Source of the DNA: an uncultured Anaerolineaceae bacterium | GTDB taxonomy: Bacteria > Chloroflexota > Anaerolineae > Anaerolineales > UBA4823 | Length of the DNA: 64,000 bases | Direction of reading: 5' to 3' | NCBI GenBank assembly: GCA_964606085.1 | Contig: CAZSFD010000011.1 | Location: 17,763-81,762, forward strand | Part shown: in pieces, positions 58,416 to 64,000 of the stretch | Layout: every line of letters begins with the position of its first letter | How positions within the stretch are numbered: position 1 is the stretch's first letter | Made by a program: the position numbers and the translations under genes | Notes under the pieces: model-generated | What the model saw: the letters and a program-made list of their open reading frames with translations, nothing else | The model's database searches: none | Told to the model about the DNA's origin: nothing

Positions 58416-59954
58416 ATGAAAAATACCATCGCTCGTGTTGAGCAATTTCTCGAAAAAATTGTCTATTACCCCGTTTTGTTTGCGATTAACGACATATTGC
58501 TGCTCGCCGGGCCAAACATGGCAAGGGTGAAGCTGACAGATACGGCTGCGCCAATCTTGGTGTGGGGGGGCGTGGCCGCGGGGCTGCTCATCTTGTGGAG
58601 CCTGCTGTTTAAAAATCGTCATCGAGGCGGTCTGGTTACCCTGATCGCTTTGCTATGGTTTGGTAAGTATGGCCTTTTAGCGCAAACGTTGGATGCTTTG
58701 CCCTGGCTGGAAATGGCGGTGGCGCAGCACCTGGTGTTAATGGTGATGTGGAGTGCTTTTTGGGGACTGCTGATCAGCCCGTGGCTGTGGGAGAAAATCA
58801 AGAAGCCATCCACGCTTACGGTTTATTTCAACTTCCTGATGCCCATCCTGGTGGTTTTTTCTTTCTCGCGCATTGTGTGGTACCAGCTTGGCAAAGTTGC
58901 CCAGGAACCTGCCGATGAAAAGACCGCCGATCTGTTGAACCTGACTGCGGATGTTCAGCCAGATATTTATTACATCATCCCCGATGGGTATGGGCGGCAA
59001 GATGTCTTGCGCGAAGTTTACAGCCTGGATAACCAGGAATTTATTGATGCGCTGAAAGCGCGCGGTTTTTATGTGGCTGAACAAAGCCACGCCAATTATG
59101 TGCGCACCATGCTGGCGCTATCTGCCTCGCTAAACTATGCCTACTTGCCCGATTTACCCCCCGATTCTCCAGATATGCAGCCTCTGGAAGAACTGATGGC
59201 CCATAATCGGGTGGAGCGCTCGCTGGAAGCCAGCGGTTATCGTGTGTACGCCATCAACAGCGGCATTTTTGTTGCCCCCCAGAGGATATTGGAGAGTTTA
59301 TTTTGGCTCAATTCGGTGGCTGCGCTGCCCATTGACGCCAATTGGGTTGCCTCGCCAATGCCCCGCAATCGGGACTTCCAGAGAATGTTTGATAGCCAGG
59401 TTGAACAGGTGAAAACCGTCGCGGCTTTACCTGGGCCGAAATACATTTTCGCGCATCTGTTGCTGCCGCATCCGCCGTTTATTTTCGACCGTAATGGCCC
59501 GATAGCACCAGAACGAGTATACCGCTTAACCGATGGCGAAATATTCCCTGGCACACCCGAAGAGTATATCCAGGGCTATCGTGAACAGGTGCTGTATGTC
59601 AATGACCTCCTGATCGAGATTATTGATTCGATCCTGGCAAATAATCCAACGCCGCCAGCGATCATCATCCAGGGGGATCATGGCGGCGGGGCCTATTTGG
59701 ATGAAAGCGGGCCAGAAAAAAGCTGCATGCGCGAGCGCTTCTCCATTCTGAGCGCCTATTACCTGCCCAACGCCAGGCAGAATCAGCTTTATGCTTCCAT
59801 CACACCCGTCAATAGCTTCCGTGTTGTCTTCAATGCCTATTTTGATACGCAGCTCGAATTACTCCCCGATGAAAGCTACTACTCTCCCATACCTCTGCCC
59901 TATCAATTAACTCGTGTGACCGATTGGCTCGATCAGCCCTGCCAGGTTCCATAA
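58416..59954 (+). CDS. Membrane-anchored alkaline-phosphatase-superfamily (sulfatase/LTA-synthase-like) protein
   Basis: About 5 N-terminal TM helices, then PDIYYIIPDGYG, HLLLPHPPF and IIIQGDHGG motifs. GC is lower than in neighbouring genes. Confidence 0.6.
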   Translation: MKNTIARVEQFLEKIVYYPVLFAINDILLLAGPNMARVKLTDTAAPILVWGGVAAGLLILWSLLFKNRHRGGLVTLIALLWFGKYGLLAQTLDALPWLEMAVAQHLVLMVMWSAFWGLLISPWLWEKIKKPSTLTVYFNFLMPILVVFSFSRIVWYQLGKVAQEPADEKTADLLNLTADVQPDIYYIIPDGYGRQDVLREVYSLDNQEFIDALKARGFYVAEQSHANYVRTMLALSASLNYAYLPDLPPDSPDMQPLEELMAHNRVERSLEASGYRVYAINSGIFVAPQRILESLFWLNSVAALPIDANWVASPMPRNRDFQRMFDSQVEQVKTVAALPGPKYIFAHLLLPHPPFIFDRNGPIAPERVYRLTDGEIFPGTPEEYIQGYREQVLYVNDLLIEIIDSILANNPTPPAIIIQGDHGGGAYLDESGPEKSCMRERFSILSAYYLPNARQNQLYASITPVNSFRVVFNAYFDTQLELLPDESYYSPIPLPYQLTRVTDWLDQPCQVP

Positions 59955-60053
59955 TGTGTTGTGATTGCTTAACACTTGATGAAAATATACATTGATTGCG
60001 GTGGGATGATTATAATTGGATAAATAATATCTGAATATAATCCTGGAGGTTTT

Positions 60054-60536
60054 ATGGAACGACGTATATCAAAATCGGTTTTCGTCCTGGCGCTGGTTGT
60101 GGTGATGCTGGCGCTCTCAGCCTGCGCGGCGCAAAACACGCCGATGCCCGCAACCGCTATACTGAAACCTGCTGATGCCACTGAGCCCGTTGCCGCCACC
60201 GATGAGCCAACGGCACTCCCCGAAGCCGAGCCTACCGCCGCCCCGGTGGATGCTGACCTGGTCAGCTTTGCCAGCGACGTGATGCCCATTTTGCAGAATA
60301 GCTGCTGGAAATGTCATGGCGGTGATAAGACCGAGAAGGGCTTTGATGTCGGCAGTTATGCCACGCTGATGGCTGGTTCTGAAAAGGGTGCGATGGTCGT
60401 GCCGGGGGATGCCGCCAATAGTAAGTTTTACACATTAATCGAGCAAGGCAAGATGCCGAAGCGAGCCGATAAACTGCCCGATGATCAAATCCAGTTGATA
60501 CGCGATTGGGTCAACCAGGGCGCTTTGGATAACTAA
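60054..60536 (+). CDS. Lipoprotein monoheme c-type cytochrome (Planctomycete-cytochrome-C-like domain)
   Basis: SD GGAGG and lipobox LALSAC, followed by a P/A/E linker. The cytochrome domain reads CWKCHG...VVPGDAANSKFY and resembles the C-terminal domain of 33873-35051. Confidence 0.8.
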   Translation: MERRISKSVFVLALVVVMLALSACAAQNTPMPATAILKPADATEPVAATDEPTALPEAEPTAAPVDADLVSFASDVMPILQNSCWKCHGGDKTEKGFDVGSYATLMAGSEKGAMVVPGDAANSKFYTLIEQGKMPKRADKLPDDQIQLIRDWVNQGALDN

Positions 60537-60556
60537 CCCAACGGAATAGCTGATCC

Positions 60557-60592
60557 AGGGTGCGAAGAGCAATCTTCGCACCCTTTTTGTTT
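60557..60592 (+). terminator. Intrinsic terminator after the cytochrome c lipoprotein gene
   Basis: AGGGTGCGAAGA GCAA TCTTCGCACCCT TTTTGTTT. Confidence 0.8.
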
Positions 60593-60680
60593 AAGCGGGA
60601 CGATATGACCGTCATGCTGCGAATGTGACCGGTCATGGTGACTGCTGGCACATGCGCTCCATGCGTTGTGGGGGTATCCT

Positions 60681-61412
60681 ATGGACGGTCAGAATGAAAT
60701 TCTGCAGGAGTGCGAAATGGATGGTTTACTGCTCGGTTTAGCCAACGGAATAACCTGCGTGGCCTCGTGCGCCCCGGTGATGATCCCGCTCTTTCTGGGC
60801 GAGGGGCGGCGTGTGCAGCAAAACGGCTGGCTGCTGGCCCAGTTTTTGCTCGGACGCCTGGCGGGGTATCTGCTCTTCGGGGCGCTGGCCTGGGTCACCG
60901 GGCGGCTGATCTTCCAGGGCAGTGGGCCATCGGCGGTGGTGTTGGGCGGCGTCTCGCTGCTGATGGGCGGATTGCTGCTGCTCTACGGGTTGAGTGAATT
61001 TATCGGGCTGCCACAACCCCTGAAGTTTGCGCTGGCCGGTGTGCCACAAGATTTATCGGCGGGGCATTCACCGTTGGCCTGCCCGGTTCCGCCGCGCCAG
61101 GTGCGCCAATGGCTGCGCTTCGCCCCGGCGCTGTTCCCGCTGGCGCTCGGCTTCCTCACCGGGCTGAATCTGTGCCTGCCGTTCATCGTCGCCTTCACCG
61201 GGGCCGCCGGGCAAGCATCGCTGCTGGGCAGTTTGTTGTTCTTTGCTTCGTTTTTTGTTGGGACGGCGGTCTTTTTCCTGCCGATCCCGTTTGTGGGCGC
61301 TTTCCGACGCGTGCAGGGGTTACGCACCATTGGCAAGTTCGCCGCTATTTTTGTGGCCGTGTACTATCTCTACACCGGCCTGATGACCTTGATGGGAGGG
61401 TTGATTTCATGA
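60681..61412 (+). CDS. Polytopic membrane protein with CxxxC in TM1 (DsbD_2/CcdA-like, uncertain)
   Basis: GLANGITCVASCAPVMIPLFLG plus about six hydrophobic helices. The start is uncertain (60666 TTG, 60681 or 60717 ATG). Confidence 0.5.
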   Translation: MDGQNEILQECEMDGLLLGLANGITCVASCAPVMIPLFLGEGRRVQQNGWLLAQFLLGRLAGYLLFGALAWVTGRLIFQGSGPSAVVLGGVSLLMGGLLLLYGLSEFIGLPQPLKFALAGVPQDLSAGHSPLACPVPPRQVRQWLRFAPALFPLALGFLTGLNLCLPFIVAFTGAAGQASLLGSLLFFASFFVGTAVFFLPIPFVGAFRRVQGLRTIGKFAAIFVAVYYLYTGLMTLMGGLIS

Positions 61413-62620
61413 CCACGCTCGCGCAAAATTTTCCCCGTTTCTGGGGCAAGGGCAAACCCAACCGCAGCCCGTATAAGCTCGGTTGGGGCAAATCTATCGT
61501 TCTGGCGCTGCCCATGCTGCTGCTGACGGCGCTGCTGACCTTCGGCCAGATCATGCAGCCGGGCAGCACGCCCGACCCGCTGGTGCTGCTGGCAACCACG
61601 CTCACCTGGCTGCTCTTCAATGGCATCTTCTTCGCCATGCTCAAAACCGGCCAGACCGACCGCTATCGGGCGTTCTTGTTCGTTTCGATGGCTGTGGCGT
61701 TCATCATTTTCTTCATGAGCACCATCATCGAGACACGCGGCAGCCTGGCGCTGACTGGGGCCAATATGGTCGAAGGCGAGACGCCTTTCTGCCACCTGGT
61801 CATCCCGATGGTACTCGTGCCGGCCGCCGTGACGCGCACGATCATCTTCCCCGGATCGCTGATGGAAGGCTTTGCCAGCGTGGCCGGCATGATCGTGCTG
61901 TGGACGGGCGCTTCGCTGGTCTTGGGACGGGCCTGGTGCAGTTGGGGCTGCTTCTATGGCGGGCTGGATGAAGGCTTTGCGCGTCTGCTCAAGAAGCCGC
62001 GCATCACCCACATTGACCGCCGCTGGACGCTGCTGCCGTGGGCGGTGCTGCTGGGCGTGGTGCTGGTTTCGGCCATCACGCTCTCGCCGGCCTACTGCGA
62101 GTGGCTGTGCCCCTTCAAGGCCGTGACGGAGTTCGAGGCCATCACCTCGTTCAAGGTGGTGATCCAGACCATCATCTTCGTCTCGCTCTTCATCGGCACC
62201 GTGGTGGTGTTACCGCTGCTGACCAAGAAGCGCACGCAATGTGGCCTGTTCTGCCCGATGGGTGCGCTGCAAGGAGCCACCAACAAAATCAACGTTTACG
62301 ACATCCGCATTGACCCGGCCAAATGCACCGAATGCGGCCATTGCGAAAAGAACTGCCCCACCTTCTCGCTCGATGCCACCAGCTACAAAAGCGGCCAACC
62401 GCTGATGAGCTGCACCAAATGCGGCAAGTGCGTGGACGTTTGCCCCAACCATGCCATCTCCTATCACATCAAAGGCACGCAGCCCGGCGCACATCCATTG
62501 GCCGCCCGCCTGCTCTTCCTCTACCCGGCCTTCCTCTTCCTGGCAACCTTTGGCGGCGGGATGTTCATCTCGGCTATCTGGCGCATTTTGCGACTGGTGA
62601 CAACGGGAAGCATGATCTGA
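61409..62620 (+). CDS. Membrane-bound polyferredoxin (NapH/NosR C-terminal-like 4Fe-4S protein)
   Basis: Start at ATG 61409 (ATGA overlap). It has TM helices carrying CSWGCFYG, CEWLCPFK and CGLFCPMG, plus CTECGHCEKNCP and CTKCGKCVDVCP. Confidence 0.8.
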   Translation: MTTLAQNFPRFWGKGKPNRSPYKLGWGKSIVLALPMLLLTALLTFGQIMQPGSTPDPLVLLATTLTWLLFNGIFFAMLKTGQTDRYRAFLFVSMAVAFIIFFMSTIIETRGSLALTGANMVEGETPFCHLVIPMVLVPAAVTRTIIFPGSLMEGFASVAGMIVLWTGASLVLGRAWCSWGCFYGGLDEGFARLLKKPRITHIDRRWTLLPWAVLLGVVLVSAITLSPAYCEWLCPFKAVTEFEAITSFKVVIQTIIFVSLFIGTVVVLPLLTKKRTQCGLFCPMGALQGATNKINVYDIRIDPAKCTECGHCEKNCPTFSLDATSYKSGQPLMSCTKCGKCVDVCPNHAISYHIKGTQPGAHPLAARLLFLYPAFLFLATFGGGMFISAIWRILRLVTTGSMI

Positions 62621-62644
62621 CCCCCAAAAGAAAAGGAACACACC

Positions 62645-63106
62645 ATGAACAAGCTCAAATCTTTCTTCGGATATTTCCTGGCCGCTCTGGGCGTGCCAGC
62701 ACTTCTGGTCATGTTTATGGGCACAGCCGCCTGGATGGAACTGCTCGTTTCGACCACCGGACTCAAGATCAACCCGCTCTATACCGGCGGCGAGGTGGCA
62801 AGGGCCTACTCGCAAGATGGGATGCGCATCGAAATCCATGAACCCGTTTTCGCAGCGTTGATCGGTGAGTCGAAAGAAGGTTTCGTGCAGGTGACATTTG
62901 GCCCGAAAGTGGCCGCCCGGCAGATTGACGCCGATATTGACTACGACAACAATGGCGCGGCCGATTTCCGCCTGCAATGGGATACCGCTTCTGGCGAACC
63001 CATCATCCATTCGTATGCGCCGCACGTGGTTGGCCTGGAAGCATCGTATGAATTGCAAGACACCTACGCCATCCGCGTTCACCTGCTCAATCAAAAAGGA
63101 AAGTAA
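62645..63106 (+). CDS. Hypothetical exported/anchored protein (153 aa)
   Basis: N-terminal hydrophobic helix FFGYFLAALGVPALLVMFMG. No motif recognised. Confidence 0.5.
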   Translation: MNKLKSFFGYFLAALGVPALLVMFMGTAAWMELLVSTTGLKINPLYTGGEVARAYSQDGMRIEIHEPVFAALIGESKEGFVQVTFGPKVAARQIDADIDYDNNGAADFRLQWDTASGEPIIHSYAPHVVGLEASYELQDTYAIRVHLLNQKGK

Positions 63107-63109
63107 CCT

Positions 63110-64000
63110 ATGTCTCTCATCGTTCAAATCAACGACCTCGTCAAACAATATCCCGGTGCGCCGGAACCCGCCGTCAAGGGCATCAGCTTTGGCATTTTGC
63201 AAGGCGAGATTTTCAGCCTGCTCGGGCCAAACGGGGCCGGCAAAACGACCACCATCTCCATGCTATGCACCCTGCTGCAACCCACGCGCGGTGATGCCGA
63301 GATCGGCGGGCATTCGGTGGTCAAAGACCCTATGGCTGTCAAAAAATTGATCGGCATCGTGCCGCAAGACCTGGCGCTCTATGGGCAGCTTACCGCCCGG
63401 CAAAATCTCACCTTTTGGGGTGAAATGTATGGCCTGACCGGCAAGGCGCTCAAGGCCCGCATCGAAGAAGTGCTGGCCCAGGTCAACCTGGCCGACCGCG
63501 GCAACGACAAGGTGGATAAATACTCTGGCGGCATGAAGCGCCGCCTGAACATCGCCATCGGCCTGCTGCACAAGCCCAAATTGGTCTTCATGGATGAACC
63601 CACCGTCGGCATTGACCCGCAATCGCGTCGCAGCATCCTCGACATGGTCAAAGACCTGCGCGCCCAGGGCATGACGGTGCTGTACACCACGCACTACATG
63701 GAAGAAGCCGCCGAACTCTCCGACCGGGTGGGCATCATTGACCACGGCAAGCTGATCGCCCTCGGCACACAGAAGGAACTGACCAAAGTGGTCGGCCAGC
63801 AGGAGACCCTGCGCCTGCACTTCGGCGAGGAAGAATCCACCGAAAGCCTGCTGCCGCACTTCGAGAAAGTACACGGCGTGCTGGCGGCATCAGCCACCGA
63901 TCATCAAATTGTCCTCTCCGTGGCCGAGGCCGCAGACAGCCTGCCCGCCATCATCGCTGCCGCCACCCACGCCAGTGTGCGCGTGCGCTCGATTGACATC
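63110..64000 (+). CDS. ABC transporter ATP-binding protein (ABC-2/DrrA-like), 3' end beyond the window
   Basis: Translated by hand: MSLIVQINDLVKQYPGAPEPAVKGISFGILQGEIFSLLGPNGAGKTTT...YSGGMKRRLNIAIGLLHKPKLVFMDEPTVGIDP. It stays open to position 64000 and is not in the ORF track. Confidence 0.9.
   Translation, partial: MSLIVQINDLVKQYPGAPEPAVKGISFGILQGEIFSLLGPNGAGKTTTISMLCTLLQPTRGDAEIGGHSVVKDPMAVKKLIGIVPQDLALYGQLTARQNLTFWGEMYGLTGKALKARIEEVLAQVNLADRGNDKVDKYSGGMKRRLNIAIGLLHKPKLVFMDEPTVGIDPQSRRSILDMVKDLRAQGMTVLYTTHYMEEAAELSDRVGIIDHGKLIALGTQKELTKVVGQQETLRLHFGEEESTESLLPHFEKVHGVLAASATDHQIVLSVAEAADSLPAIIAAATHASVRVRSIDI

Noticed and set aside
59992-60016. TTGATT ... TATAAT as a sigma-70 promoter for the cytochrome c lipoprotein gene.
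   Set aside because: The spacer is only ~13 nt, outside the usual 16-18 nt. The TATAAT alone in an AT-rich stretch is not sufficient evidence.
1-64000. Search for tRNA, rRNA, tmRNA, IS elements, integrases, phage or defence-system genes.
   Set aside because: No cloverleaf-like or rRNA-like sequence and no transposase, integrase, Cas or restriction motifs were recognised in any frame. The only mobile-looking cassette is the DUF433/DUF5615 pair.

Overview
The window is a GC-rich (judged by eye, not computed) chromosomal segment with about 60 protein-coding genes. I recognised no rRNA, tRNA, CRISPR array, transposase, integrase or phage genes. Several features suggest a monoderm-type, Chloroflexota-like organism (inference only): a sortase with an LPXTG signal, lipoprotein cytochromes, no beta-barrel porin genes, a DUF5107/TPR protein and a BMP-type ABC system. 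Housekeeping blocks include aroC plus a fused aroK/aroB, parA-parB-ctaA, hflX, mltG and pgmB.

The main result is an ~11 kb minus-strand cluster (31737-42995).
- It carries 35 CXXCH heme-c motifs, counted in the translations.
- It has three putative quinone-interacting membrane modules: one NrfC/NrfD-type and two nonaheme-cytochrome plus FdnI-type cytochrome b pairs that look like a split, tandemly duplicated CbcL.
- It encodes a lipoprotein octaheme cytochrome whose heme domain sits on 16 uninterrupted Gly-X-Y collagen-like triplets.
- It has a previously uncalled 50-aa transmembrane (TM) ORF and its own NarX/NarL-type two-component system.
- No catalytic reductase, molybdopterin subunit or porin is present.
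- I read it as a candidate, apparently undescribed, envelope-spanning electron conduit.

Other notable items:
- One ORF fuses a complete sortase substrate (signal, DUF11 domain, LPGTG, TM, basic tail) to a sortase domain.
- A 1939-aa zinc-ribbon polytopic membrane protein.
- A divergent GroEL paralog coupled to a six-bladed propeller gene.
- A DUF433/DUF5615 toxin-antitoxin (TA) pair translationally coupled to an ABC ATPase whose permease genes are missing.
- An OmpR-type regulator lacking the phospho-acceptor Asp.
- A pervasive family of short tandem-word repeats (7-9 nt words, often followed by their reverse complements). These form intergenic hairpins, abut start codons in place of Shine-Dalgarno sequences, and occur in-frame inside genes.

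Most long ORFs antisense to these genes are high-GC shadow ORFs and were rejected.
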